DNA from: an uncultured Candidatus Peregrinibacteria bacterium
GTDB lineage: Bacteria > Patescibacteriota > JACMRA01
DNA length: 53,473 nucleotides
Assembly (NCBI GenBank): GCA_937127165.1
Contig: CAKZLR010000051.1
Span: forward strand, 1-53,473
Direction of reading: 5' to 3'
Of this stretch, positions 1 to 10,499 are shown in pieces. Both the position numbers and the translations under genes were made by a program. Position 1 is the stretch's first letter; every line of letters begins with the position of its first letter. The notes under the pieces were generated by a model. That model was not told the DNA's origin, did not search any database, and saw nothing but the letters and a program-made list of their open reading frames with translations.

Positions 1-165
1 GTTGTCATAACTTTCCCTCTGCACTCCCCTCTTATAGAAAAAATTGTCTTAGTTTCGCCTTTGCGAAGAGCTAGAAGAAGCAAGCTTTACTATTTGAAGC
101 AAGTAAAAGATCCAGCTAAATCAGTTAGGACTAAACCAGTTAAAGTAAAGTCCTTGGCAGTTTAG
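1..165 (+). CDS. rplS: 50S ribosomal protein L19, 3' part (runs off the window start)
   Basis: Frame 1 translates VVITFPLHSPLIEKIVLVSPLRRARRSKLYYLKQ...* (TAG 163-165), matching the L19 C-terminal FPLHSP...RRxKLYYL motif. Not in the ORF track. Confidence 0.9.
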   Translation, partial: VVITFPLHSPLIEKIVLVSPLRRARRSKLYYLKQVKDPAKSVRTKPVKVKSLAV

Positions 166-186
166 AGTAAAATTTAAATTAGTTAT

Positions 187-549
187 ATGAACCTAATACC
201 TTACACTTATTTTATTTACGTTAATTGGTTGCTTTTTTTAGGTCTACTCATGTCAACTTGGGTGATTTCACCCTCTTCTATTGAGATTAATGTGTTCATA
301 ACTATTTGTTCTATTATAGTTCTGCTTGTTTTAATTTTCTCTAAGAGAAAGGATTTTCCTAAATGGCACAAAATCCCCACTAGGATAGTTCAGCTAGTTG
401 TATTTGTGGTGTCGATTATGGTGTCTTTTTCTCATTACTTTTTCAATGTTGACAATAACAATTTAATTTTGGTACTTTTGATATTACCAGTGATTTCTTT
501 GTTTTCTCTTATTATTCTTAATAACGAAGAGGATATCAATAAAAATTAA
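187..549 (+). CDS. hypothetical integral membrane protein (about 4 TM helices)
   Basis: 120 aa ORF with four hydrophobic segments; no recognised motif. Confidence 0.65.
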   Translation: MNLIPYTYFIYVNWLLFLGLLMSTWVISPSSIEINVFITICSIIVLLVLIFSKRKDFPKWHKIPTRIVQLVVFVVSIMVSFSHYFFNVDNNNLILVLLILPVISLFSLIILNNEEDINKN

Positions 550-592
550 AAATTTTAATTCTTAATTTTAAAAGTTATTAAACTTAAGTGTT

Positions 593-805
593 ATGATAAA
601 AGTTAAAAGAATCGAAGGTGATACTGATGTCAAATTGGTAGCTAGGTTTGTGAAAAGAGTCAAGCTTTCCAATCTTGTGGCTAGAAAAAGAAAAACTAGG
701 TATTTGGTAAAGTCACCTTCCAAACTTCAAAAGAAACGAAAAGCTATTCGTCGAAGTAGTTATCAAGCTATGGAGGAATTTCTAATCAGAACAGGTAAAA
801 AGTAA
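593..805 (+). CDS. rpsU: 30S ribosomal protein S21 (CPR type)
   Basis: 70 aa, very basic; the pattern I.VKR.EG....KL..RF.KRV....L....RK.RY..K.PSK is typical of bS21. Confidence 0.75.
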   Translation: MIKVKRIEGDTDVKLVARFVKRVKLSNLVARKRKTRYLVKSPSKLQKKRKAIRRSSYQAMEEFLIRTGKK

Positions 806-902
806 AAACTAGTTGAGTTTTCCCATGGTTTTTATCACCTTCTTTGTAAGTTTATTTTATAAGATTATTTTATAAAAACATAAATAATGATTTAAGCTAG
901 TA

Positions 903-2189
903 GTGTCCAGAGATCCATATTTAGTGGCAACAGATATCGGCTCTAACTCTATAAAATTGGCCGTTGCGAAGAGCAGTCTTGACGATCAAGATAAGGTTCA
1001 AATACTAGCTTTGGTGGAAAAACCATCTTCGGGTATAAAAAAAGGTATAATAACCAGCATGACCGAGGCTACAGAGTCTTTAATTGATGTTGTAGCCCAG
1101 GCTGAAAGCATTGTTGGTCTGCCTATTAGAAAAGCTGTTTTTGGAATTAGCGGAACAAGTGTTAGTTTTGTTAATTCGGAGGGTTTGGCAGTAATTTCTA
1201 GACCAGATAACGAAATTCAAGAAGAGGATGTCGAAAGAGTTGTACAAGATAGTCTAACGAAAGCTTTTGGTGTGGGTAATAGCGAGATAATTCACATTAT
1301 TCCAAAGGCCTTTAAGGTGGATAATCAAAGTGGAATTAGGTATCCAGTAGGAATGCTTGGCAACAAACTAGAAGCTAAGACTTTGATTATCAGTGTGGAA
1401 ACTAGTTTTTTAAGGAATTTTACTAAAGTAATTACTCAAGCTGGTATTGATATTTCTGATCAAATTTTTACTCCACTAGCCAGTAGCAATTTTTTGTTCT
1501 CTACTCGTCAAAAAAAATCCGGGACTTTGCTAGTTGATATTGGTTATGCTTCGACTTCTTACATTTTATGGGAAAATGAAGAGATTTATGCTAGTGGTGT
1601 AATTCCAGTAGGGAGCGAGCATATTACTGCAGATTTAGCTGTTGGTTTGCAGACTACTATAGAAATGGCAGAAGAAATCAAAAAGCAACATTTAGATCTT
1701 AGTGATAATGTTTCTGACGATGTAGAAGAAATAGAAATGTATAATCCAGATCTGCAAATTAACGAGACTTTTAAGTTAGAAGAAATTAGAGATTTTGCTA
1801 GAGCTAGAGTAGAAGAGATTTTTATTTATATCAATCGAGAGTTACAAAAAATTGGCAAAAAAGGCAAGCTACCGGGTGGGGTGATTTTGATTGGCGGAGG
1901 ATCAGCTTTAAAAGGGATTGAAGACGTGGCCAGATATGTTTTAAAATTAGCTATTTTTAAATACCAGTTTGATCCTAAAAAAATTGAATTTTTACCTGAT
2001 TATAATGGCGACCCTTCTTTTATAAATTGTATTGCTTTAGCAGCTTATTATCTTTTTCATTCTGAAGAAATTAATTACAGTAAAGCTAGCAAAAACGCAT
2101 TTACAGCTAGAATTAGCCAAAGTAACACAAATTCAGATATTGGTTCTGTTTTTGGTACATGGCTTAAAAAACTTTGGCCTTTTAGTTAG
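903..2189 (+). CDS. ftsA: cell division protein FtsA
   Basis: Actin-like motifs DIGSNSIK, VDIGYAST, GSEHITADLA...AEEIKK and LIGGGSALKG; GTG start. Confidence 0.93.
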   Translation: MSRDPYLVATDIGSNSIKLAVAKSSLDDQDKVQILALVEKPSSGIKKGIITSMTEATESLIDVVAQAESIVGLPIRKAVFGISGTSVSFVNSEGLAVISRPDNEIQEEDVERVVQDSLTKAFGVGNSEIIHIIPKAFKVDNQSGIRYPVGMLGNKLEAKTLIISVETSFLRNFTKVITQAGIDISDQIFTPLASSNFLFSTRQKKSGTLLVDIGYASTSYILWENEEIYASGVIPVGSEHITADLAVGLQTTIEMAEEIKKQHLDLSDNVSDDVEEIEMYNPDLQINETFKLEEIRDFARARVEEIFIYINRELQKIGKKGKLPGGVILIGGGSALKGIEDVARYVLKLAIFKYQFDPKKIEFLPDYNGDPSFINCIALAAYYLFHSEEINYSKASKNAFTARISQSNTNSDIGSVFGTWLKKLWPFS

Positions 2190-2495
2190 AACTGAATTTT
2201 TAGTAGATTAAAAAAATTACCTTTGAAAATGTAGTTTGCTTGAGTGTGAATAAATGAATGTTGTGTACCAACTATCTTTTTTGATTCATAGAAAAACCTT
2301 AAATTCACCTTGATTTTGATAATAAAACTATCTAAATCTTTGGATAGGATGTCTTAAACAGGGCTCAAAATTTCATCTTTTATCTTTTTAACTTAGAATT
2401 AAAAATCGATTTTTTTTGATTAGACAAAATATTTTTTACTACTTGACTATACTGATTGGGTTAAACATTTTTTGAGAATTGCTAAACATTGCAAT

Positions 2496-3332
2496 ATGTC
2501 CCTATTTTTTATCACTCATCTTTACCCTAAGCACATGTCTATCTATGGAGATATGGGTAATATTTTAGCTATACAATACAGATTAAAAAAGATGGGTGTT
2601 AGGTATGTATACCAAACAGTAGACATTGGGGAACCTCTACCGGAGCAAACGGATTTTTATTTTATCGGTGGGGGACAAGACAATGAACAGTATTTAATTT
2701 TTCGAGACTTACTAACTAAAAAACAAAAGTTAGTTGAAGATATTAAAAATAATGTTGGGTTATTATCAATTTGTGGAGGTTATCAATTATTAGGTAAATC
2801 GTTTGTAACAGGTGACGGTAGGCAAATTGTAGGTATTGGTATTTTTCCCGTAGTTACTAGATCACCCGATAATGCAGTAAAGTCTAGATGTATTGGTAAC
2901 ATTGTAACTGAGTGTTTAATTCCTGAATTAAAGGGTTACAGACTGGTAGGTTTTGAAAATCACGGCGGTCAGACTTTTTTTGATCCTGATATTGCCTCTA
3001 ATTGGTCAAAAACTGTCGATGGGGCTAATTGTATAGAAAATTCAGATGATATTGACGGATCTGTTTGTGATCATCTAGGTTTGTCAAAAGCTCAACCATT
3101 GGGTATAACTTTGTCGGGATTTGGTAACAACTCGACTCAAAAACTGGAGGGGTGTGTGGTCAATAGAGCCGTGGGAACTTATCTACACGGTTCCTGTTTG
3201 CCTAAAAATCCCAAACTGGCAGATTGGTTTATTTTGCCAAGGTTAAACCTAAAAAACATCAAACCAAGGGGTTTTCCAGACGACACACTAGCCAATCTTG
3301 TGAGACAAAATCTTTTTGAGAGGTTTCTCTAA
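2496..3332 (+). CDS. gatD: type 1 glutamine amidotransferase, GatD/CobQ-like (lipid II amidation partner of MurT)
   Basis: HLYP..MSIYGDMGN, GGGQD, ICGGYQLLG (catalytic Cys), GFENHGG, GTYLHGSCLPKNP. Start moved to ATG 2496. Confidence 0.85.
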   Translation: MSLFFITHLYPKHMSIYGDMGNILAIQYRLKKMGVRYVYQTVDIGEPLPEQTDFYFIGGGQDNEQYLIFRDLLTKKQKLVEDIKNNVGLLSICGGYQLLGKSFVTGDGRQIVGIGIFPVVTRSPDNAVKSRCIGNIVTECLIPELKGYRLVGFENHGGQTFFDPDIASNWSKTVDGANCIENSDDIDGSVCDHLGLSKAQPLGITLSGFGNNSTQKLEGCVVNRAVGTYLHGSCLPKNPKLADWFILPRLNLKNIKPRGFPDDTLANLVRQNLFERFL

Positions 3333-3470
3333 ATCTAAAAACCTAATTCATAATTAAGGGAGATTTGTTCTGCCGGGCTATCTCTTACTTTCTCTAAAAG
3401 CTAGAGATTTATCTAGTTCTTAAAAAACTCTAATTTGCAAAATTTAAGCAAATACAGTGAAGATTTAAAT

Positions 3471-5948
3471 CTAAATTTTCTCAAAATCCTCAGTCAATTT
3501 TTCTACATTGCTCTTTGTACCATAAACTAAAATTCCTAAGTATTTAATCTGTTCGGCAGTTTTTTGGAAATACTCAACACTTATTTCAGTATCGTGACTC
3601 ATAGCTTGCATTTCCTCGGTAAAGACTGTGACTAAGAGTTTTTCCTGTTCAGCTTGCCTTTTTAATCTTAGCAAATCCAGAGAATTTATCGACTTCTTAA
3701 TGACAATTGAAGGTTGGATGTTTATATCAATTTGCTCTCCGTCCTTAGTTTTAACTTTTTCTATTGTTAGTATGTTTTTTCTTTCACGTGCGATAAAGTT
3801 AGCAGTTAAGTGGGCAACTGTATTGTATTTTTGCCAATCGTTCATTTTGTTTTCATCTAAAAGCACAATATGAGCCACCATTGTTCGGTTAGACTTTCTT
3901 ATCGGATTATTTTCATTACGAACATGTGGAAAAGTGACACATTCTTTAATATGCTTACCAAGCAAGAATGACAAAAATCTTTCACTAGTGCCAAAACCAG
4001 CCATTGGTGGAGTACCAAGCTCCAAGGCTTTAACATAGTCTTCATCCATAAATTGAGCTTCCTCGTCTCCAGCATCTCTGGCGGCTTGTTGTTGTTCAAA
4101 TCTACCAAATTGGTCTATTGGATCATTTAACTCACTAAAACATTTACCCAATTCGGCAGTGCCAGCTACAATTTGCCATCTTTCGGTCAAATCCGGTCTG
4201 GGTGGGTGCCTTTTAGCTAATGGCTCTAACTCAACCGGAACTAAAGCCAGAAAAATGGGATTTTGAATATATGGTCTAGCTACTTTTTTGTAAATTTTAT
4301 CCATAACACCAGATATTGCTGTACCCGGTTCGATTTCTACCTCGTTATCTTTAGCAATTTGCAACAATTCCTCCAAAGATTTACCTTCAAAATCGACTTT
4401 ACCTTGAGAATAAAATCTGATAGCTTCGAAATATGGGATAATCGGCCAACCAAAGATATTAGCCTCTTCCGGTTTTAGCTCGATTTTAGACTTATTTTTT
4501 TTATCAGAAATATCTGGTTCCCAGACTTTATCTACAGTTGCTAGTCCCCAACCGTTTTTTAAGGCAGTTTCTAGGCTACACCATTCACCCCAGTTAATTT
4601 GGTGGCCATAATAATCTGTTTGGATCATTTCACCTAAAATTTCTTGGACAATTCTTTGATAAATCCGTTTAACCAATTTCATACCATCCGTATAGTCGGC
4701 ATATGCCCAATACCACTCAATCTGAGTATATTCTTGTAAGTGTTGGGGACTGGAGCCCTCGTTACGGAAGATACGACCAATTTCAAAAACTTTTTCAAAA
4801 CCTCCAGCAATCAATTTTTTGAGAGGTAATTCAAGTGAAATTCTAAGATAAACTTCCTGGTCTAATTCATTGTAAAAAGTAGTGAAGGGCCTAGCTTCAG
4901 CTCCACCTGGAATGTGTTCAAAAACTGGGCACTCAACTTCTAAGAAACCTTCTTTTTCCATTTCTTCTCGCCAAATTGACCAATATTTTTGTTTTAACCT
5001 TACCAAATCTCGTACTGACAAACCATTTGGATCTTTGGTGTTCATCTTAAAATCCACTACACGGTTGGTGTATCTTTCTTCAAAATTCTCATAATCTAGT
5101 TTTTCTGGCAGTGGTCGTAGACATTTAGTCAAAATGATAAAAGATTCAACAAACAAACTAGGTTCACCTCGCTGTGATTTGTCTAAATAACCACTAGCTT
5201 GAATATAGTCACCTTCATCGATTAGGGTTTTTAGGTCTTCAAAAGTCAAGGAATTTTGTAAAATCTTGTTAAGTTTTTTTTCTATTAAGTTGGGTCTGTT
5301 ATCAATTACATCTTTTTTAAAGATAAACTGAAAACCTTCTGGTAAACTTTCATCTTCTATGGTAGCAAAACCAATTTTACCGCTCAGTCTTTTAGATTTG
5401 ATTCTACCAGCTAGAACTACCCTTTGGTTTGGTTTTAAACTTATTTGCAATTCAGTCTCGTCTTGCGGATTTTTGTTTTTAAGTCCGAAAAAAGTATTCA
5501 AGTACTCTTCTCTAGTTTCCATAGAAACTTTGAGCAGGTTGGGGAAAAATTTTCTTACTTCGTTTAACTCACTCTCATCAAAATCTAAGATATCTCCAAT
5601 TTCTTCATCTTCTAGGTCTAAATCGACATCTTTAGACATCTGTCTAAGAAATAACCTTTTTTCTTGTTTTTCTATCAAACTACTAGGAAACAAGGCTTGA
5701 TCCAAAAAATGATACTGCATTTCCGGTTCGGGAAACTCGTTTATAAAATTATTCAAATCGTAATCATGAACAAAATTAAACCAAAAACTAACAAAACCTA
5801 AAGTAAAATCTCGCCGACTTTTGACTGCAAAAGGCTCGTGTCCTTTGGCTCGCAGTTTTTCCATTTTTTGGATTCGTAAACTTCTTTGAGAGTCAATTGA
5901 GGATAGTGAAATATTTTGACTGCCGCTTGAAGTACTTTTTTTTGACAT
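3471..5948 (-). CDS. lysS: lysine--tRNA ligase (class II) with insertions and a C-terminal DUF2000-like domain
   Basis: AGRIKSKR OB fold; GGAEARPFTT, YLRISLELPLKKLIAGGFEKVFEIGRIFRNEG, FSELNDPIDQ, PPMAGFG; extra ~136 aa C-terminal domain. Confidence 0.95.
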   Translation of the reverse strand: MSKKSTSSGSQNISLSSIDSQRSLRIQKMEKLRAKGHEPFAVKSRRDFTLGFVSFWFNFVHDYDLNNFINEFPEPEMQYHFLDQALFPSSLIEKQEKRLFLRQMSKDVDLDLEDEEIGDILDFDESELNEVRKFFPNLLKVSMETREEYLNTFFGLKNKNPQDETELQISLKPNQRVVLAGRIKSKRLSGKIGFATIEDESLPEGFQFIFKKDVIDNRPNLIEKKLNKILQNSLTFEDLKTLIDEGDYIQASGYLDKSQRGEPSLFVESFIILTKCLRPLPEKLDYENFEERYTNRVVDFKMNTKDPNGLSVRDLVRLKQKYWSIWREEMEKEGFLEVECPVFEHIPGGAEARPFTTFYNELDQEVYLRISLELPLKKLIAGGFEKVFEIGRIFRNEGSSPQHLQEYTQIEWYWAYADYTDGMKLVKRIYQRIVQEILGEMIQTDYYGHQINWGEWCSLETALKNGWGLATVDKVWEPDISDKKNKSKIELKPEEANIFGWPIIPYFEAIRFYSQGKVDFEGKSLEELLQIAKDNEVEIEPGTAISGVMDKIYKKVARPYIQNPIFLALVPVELEPLAKRHPPRPDLTERWQIVAGTAELGKCFSELNDPIDQFGRFEQQQAARDAGDEEAQFMDEDYVKALELGTPPMAGFGTSERFLSFLLGKHIKECVTFPHVRNENNPIRKSNRTMVAHIVLLDENKMNDWQKYNTVAHLTANFIARERKNILTIEKVKTKDGEQIDINIQPSIVIKKSINSLDLLRLKRQAEQEKLLVTVFTEEMQAMSHDTEISVEYFQKTAEQIKYLGILVYGTKSNVEKLTEDFEKI

Positions 5949-6136
5949 ACAAAATGTGTTTAGTCATAATCAACTTGGATTGTCAAATCCAATATTAAGT
6001 AGATTTGTTTGATGTTTTACTAAAAGTTTAAGTTTGTATAATTGCTAATCTTTGTCTGATAGGAGTTAAACCTTCTTATGGGTAGAAACTCTATTGTTCT
6101 TAAATTGTTCAATAAACTTACAAAAGAAAACCAAAT

Positions 6137-7450
6137 TTAGGTGGATTGTGCTTGTAGAGCTGTGTTTATTTCTTTGACTATTCTTACAGCATCTTCATTG
6201 TTTACATGAATATGAGTTGGCAGATTAATCACTCTTTTTTGTAAAAGTCTTTTGGCTGTTGGCAAGTCTTCCAGACGACAGTTAAACTTTGATAAATCAG
6301 TTTCTTTGTTAGCGAACAGATTTTGATACCAGATTCCTAAAAAAATACCCTCTTTCTTACAACGAGACAAAATTGAGTTATATAGGCTTGTATAATCTTC
6401 TTGGTCTTTTAACCACTCTAAATTAACAGGAAACCTTAGGTAACTAGCTTGTGGGTAGTATTTTAAATTTAACTCATCCGAGTAGATTTTGGCTATTTTT
6501 TTCCTATGTATTCTAAATTTCTCAAACTTTTTTAGTTGATTGAGGAGTAAAAAAGCCAACTTGTCGGAATATTTTTGACCAAAAAATTTGTCTGTTCCTA
6601 ACATTTCTTCATATGAATAAATATCCGGCACTATTTTTAATTTCATGATTAAAGACAATACTATTTTACCAACCCAAAAATGATATAAAGGTAGTATAAA
6701 TCCTGAGATTATCGTAAAAACCAAACTTTTAAGTTCCTTTTCGGGTTCCAAAGGTGGAAGTTTTTGATATTCTTGATTTAATCTTCGTTGCCATTCTGAG
6801 TTAGGTTTATTGATAATGACAGCTCCACCGAAAATTGAGGAAACTATTTTGTCGCGGCCAAAACTAAACATACTGGTTTCGCCCCAACTACCAGCCGGTT
6901 TACCGGCAAAAGTAGATCCTAAAGAGTGAGCACAGTCTTCAATTAAGACAATTTTATGTTGGTTACAAATTTGCTTGACTCTGTGCATATCAACCATTAT
7001 TCCAAAAGTGTGTTGCACAATCCAGGCTTTGGTTTGTGGAGTTATTTTGTCTTCTATTTTATCTAAATCAAAGTTAAAAGTTTGCGGTTCAATATCACAG
7101 ACTACTGGTTGATATCCTGCTTGAAGTACTGCATTTGGCACCACCACACACGAAAAACCTTGTATTAAAACTTGACTATTTTTGGGCAAATTTAGACTTT
7201 TAAGTATCAAATACAAAGCCGTTCTTCCGCTGTCGGTAAGGTAGATTTGGCAAGTATCTGTTAAATTAAAAAAATTCTTGAACCATTGCTTAACTTTTTC
7301 TTGAGAGTCTACGGTAATATTTTTTTGCAGCAAAATTTTAAAAGCCAACCAAGCATCATCCAATTCGGTATTGGGGCAAATTTCTGGGTTAATAAATTTA
7401 AATCTACCAAACACGACAAAACAAAATCTATACTTAAAGCTCTTTGTCAA
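6137..7450 (-). CDS. DegT/DnrJ/EryC1/StrS family PLP-dependent aminotransferase
   Basis: DSGRTAL, VQHTFG, IEDCAHSLG, FSFGRDK (PLP lysine), INLPTH. The true start is probably a little downstream (GTG ~7414), since the called TTG lies in a TTGACA box. Confidence 0.88.
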   Translation of the reverse strand: MTKSFKYRFCFVVFGRFKFINPEICPNTELDDAWLAFKILLQKNITVDSQEKVKQWFKNFFNLTDTCQIYLTDSGRTALYLILKSLNLPKNSQVLIQGFSCVVVPNAVLQAGYQPVVCDIEPQTFNFDLDKIEDKITPQTKAWIVQHTFGIMVDMHRVKQICNQHKIVLIEDCAHSLGSTFAGKPAGSWGETSMFSFGRDKIVSSIFGGAVIINKPNSEWQRRLNQEYQKLPPLEPEKELKSLVFTIISGFILPLYHFWVGKIVLSLIMKLKIVPDIYSYEEMLGTDKFFGQKYSDKLAFLLLNQLKKFEKFRIHRKKIAKIYSDELNLKYYPQASYLRFPVNLEWLKDQEDYTSLYNSILSRCKKEGIFLGIWYQNLFANKETDLSKFNCRLEDLPTAKRLLQKRVINLPTHIHVNNEDAVRIVKEINTALQAQST

Positions 7451-7537
7451 GACTTTTGTCTGGCTGTATTTTAAAAGATGAATGTATGAGTTGCTGTAAA
7501 CTTGGGCAAGTTACAAGAATTTATTCAGTACGCAAAT

Positions 7538-8555
7538 ATGGCTAGGATTAATATTTTTTGGTTTCGTCGTGGTTTGAGATCATTAGATAATTCTGGATTT
7601 GTAGCTGCTTATCAGCCCGTTTTTTGGTTTTACCAATATTTATTGTAGATCTGTATTTTTATGAATCTTGGGGAAGTAAGAGTTTTAAGAGTCAGATTTT
7701 TATATGAGTCTTTGCAAGATTTAGATAGGCAGTTAAAGTCTATTAGTTCCCAACTGTTCTTAATGCATGATAATTCTATGGAAGTAATACAGGAACTTTA
7801 CACGTAGCTGCGGGATAAACACCAAATAATCTTATTTTTCAATAGGGATAGACAAATTCATATGGTTTAAATAAGAATAAAGATCCGTAAATAGTTGATT
7901 TTACCGAAAAAAATCTAAATTTCTATTAGCCATAGAAAACTCTAATTTTTTATTACTAGAAGAAAATATGCCAAACACTGAACAAGATGATTTTTTTGGG
8001 AAAATGGAAGTTGGGGGAAATTGATTTTTTATTAGTTAATGTCGCTATGAAGCAATTAAAAACTGTTAGTTGGTCAAATCTTAGAATGAAGGCTGTGCGT
8101 ACTACATTTTTGACTATTAATTGATTACGCGGTTAGCTGGCATTGGGGAGCTAGACACTTGATGCAAACCTTGGTTGACGGTGATGTTGCTACAGATAGC
8201 TGGCAATGGCAAATGCATGTAGGTATAACAAACCTTTACCAAATTTTTTGAGAATTTATGACCCAGACAAAAATCTAGAAGAAGATAGTAATTATTAGTC
8301 TATAAATAGATGGTTATCTGAACTTGCTTATTTTATTCCTGAAATATACAAATTTTCCAAAAAATCTTCGAACAATAAAAATGTTGGATTTTGAGAAAAC
8401 TAAGTTACAAAACGATCAAAAAACACAAAAAACATAAGAGATAAGAAAGTTAGTCAAGTAAAGAAATAAAGATTGTCAGAACAAAATAGTAGAACTATCC
8501 AATGACTAAAGTACAAAAACAATCTCGTCAAGCTTATTATCAAGCTAAAAATTAA
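7538..8555 (+). pseudogene. deoxyribodipyrimidine photolyase/cryptochrome family pseudogene
   Basis: Fragments across frames: MARINIFWFRRGLRSLDN (WFRRDLR motif), RVRFLYESLQDLDRQL, AMKQLKTVSWSNLRMKA, VSWHWGARHLMQTLVDGDVATDSWQWQMHVGITN, RIYDPDKN, RWLSEL. Several frameshifts and stops, and shorter than a full gene. End approximate. Confidence 0.85.
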
Positions 8556-8845
8556 AAACATTTAGACACTTAGATGGAAAGCTTGTTTTAATTTAAAACA
8601 ATGTTTTATCTAAGTCATTTTCTCTTAAGGTAACCGAAGGCAAAACTATTTTTTTGAATCATAAAAAATTTTTTACTTACTTCTTTTCTTAAGAAATTTA
8701 TCTGATAAAAAATAAATCGTGCCTAAAGAGGTATAGACAAGATACTAATTTATCAAAGCAAAAAACGGAGCAGGAGGTTTTGTGTCGATGTTACAGTTGG
8801 ATGAAAGCATAAAAATTGCAAATTTTTACACCTAGATAACTAGGC

Positions 8846-9991
8846 TTAATCTTCGCTTGATATAAGATCTTCCATTTCTTCGTTTTCATCTACACTTGCT
8901 TCTGCCACATTACCAATAGCTACTCTGCCTTCTTTTAATCTCTTTTGGAACTCAGCAAAAATCAAGTCCTTAGCTTTGGTTAAAACTTCTTTATTTTCGT
9001 ACAAAAATTTTTTAGCATTCTCTCTTCCAATCCCCAGCTTTATATCTTCAGAACCTAGTTTGAGTTTGTAAGTATTGCCAGTTTTTTCGATAATCCCGTA
9101 ATTTGTTCCAATATCAACAATTTCTCCAGCAGTAGAAAAAACACCAGGTTCATTAAACATCATATCAAACTCGACAGTCTTGAAAGGTGCTGCCATTTTA
9201 TTTTTGACGATTTTAACTCTAATTCTCACACCGACATTGTCGTTACCAGATTTAAGATTGCCAACTTTGCGAACATCTAGTCTTTGGGTAGCAAAAAATT
9301 TGAGAGCTTGACCTCCAGTAGTAGTTTCGGGGTTACCAAACATCACCCCAATTTTGAGTCTGATCTGGTTGATAAAAATTACTACGGTTTTGGATTTGGA
9401 AATTCCACCAGTAAGTTTGCGAAGAGCCTGAGACATCAACCTAGCTTGCACACCCATCTGACTATCTCCCATATTACCTTCCAATTCGGACCTGGGTACT
9501 AAAGCAGCTACTGAATCAACCACAATCACATCAAAAGCATTCGATCTAACCAAATTATCTACTATTTCCAAAGCTTCCTCTCCATTGCTTGGTTGAGATA
9601 AATACAAGTCATTTACTTTAACTCCTAGTTTTGCCGCCCATTCTGGATCTAATGCATGTTCTGCATCTACAAAAGCCGCAATACCTCCTTGTTTTTGAGC
9701 TTGGGCAATTGTAGCTAAAGCAAGGGAGGTTTTACCAGACGACTCTGGTCCATAGATCTCGATGATTCTACCTTTCGGAAATCCGCCAATACCAGTCGCC
9801 AAATCCACAGACAAAGAGCCCGTAGAAATAACTTCTACATCGGTGTTAACTATCTCGTCCATCTTCATAATGGATCCCTGACCAAAACTGGCTTTTATTT
9901 GAGAGGCAACTAGATCAGCCATTTTTCTTTTTTCTGCAGCATCCATAGCTACTACTGGTGTAGTTTTGTGAAGTGTGTTTTTTTTAGACAT
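8846..9991 (-). CDS. recA: recombinase RecA
   Basis: [53 protein letters not shown]. Confidence 0.99.
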   Translation of the reverse strand: MSKKNTLHKTTPVVAMDAAEKRKMADLVASQIKASFGQGSIMKMDEIVNTDVEVISTGSLSVDLATGIGGFPKGRIIEIYGPESSGKTSLALATIAQAQKQGGIAAFVDAEHALDPEWAAKLGVKVNDLYLSQPSNGEEALEIVDNLVRSNAFDVIVVDSVAALVPRSELEGNMGDSQMGVQARLMSQALRKLTGGISKSKTVVIFINQIRLKIGVMFGNPETTTGGQALKFFATQRLDVRKVGNLKSGNDNVGVRIRVKIVKNKMAAPFKTVEFDMMFNEPGVFSTAGEIVDIGTNYGIIEKTGNTYKLKLGSEDIKLGIGRENAKKFLYENKEVLTKAKDLIFAEFQKRLKEGRVAIGNVAEASVDENEEMEDLISSED

Positions 9992-10499
9992 AATTTGGAA
10001 AAATTAGTTAAATTAACCAATCAAGTTTTATTTTATTTGTCAAAATTTTGGGGTAAACTTGTCAGTTAGTATAATTTTTTTTGATTAAGACTAGAGATAA
10101 TTTTTAGTTACAAATTCTCTTTATCTTTTATATTACAAAATCTGTAAAAAATTTGGACTTTCGATTCTAACTTCAAAAAATAGTTTATGTCAGTTACTAA
10201 TCAATTAACACTGATTGATGGTTGATTTTTCTGAAGATAGGATTGTTTTTTCTTGTTTGTAGTGATAGGATGTCATTCTTTGACTTGATCTAGGATCCAT
10301 AAAACAACCAGCCTTTATAGCTACTCTAACGGATTCTTGCTCTCACAGGAGTAACTAGCTCCAACGGAATTGCTTCACTTTTCTCACAATTGAGTGGGTA
10401 TTATTGATATTTAACGAAAAGGGTATATTTTACCAGAAAAACCTTCTAAAACTACTTCAAATCTTTCTTAATTTGAAAAATTGACCAAAGTGAGGTGAA

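Noticed and set aside
10200..10460. Slightly GC-richer spacer between recA and the pilin gene, as an ncRNA or IS remnant
   Set aside because: No convincing stems, terminal inverted repeats or transposase motifs.
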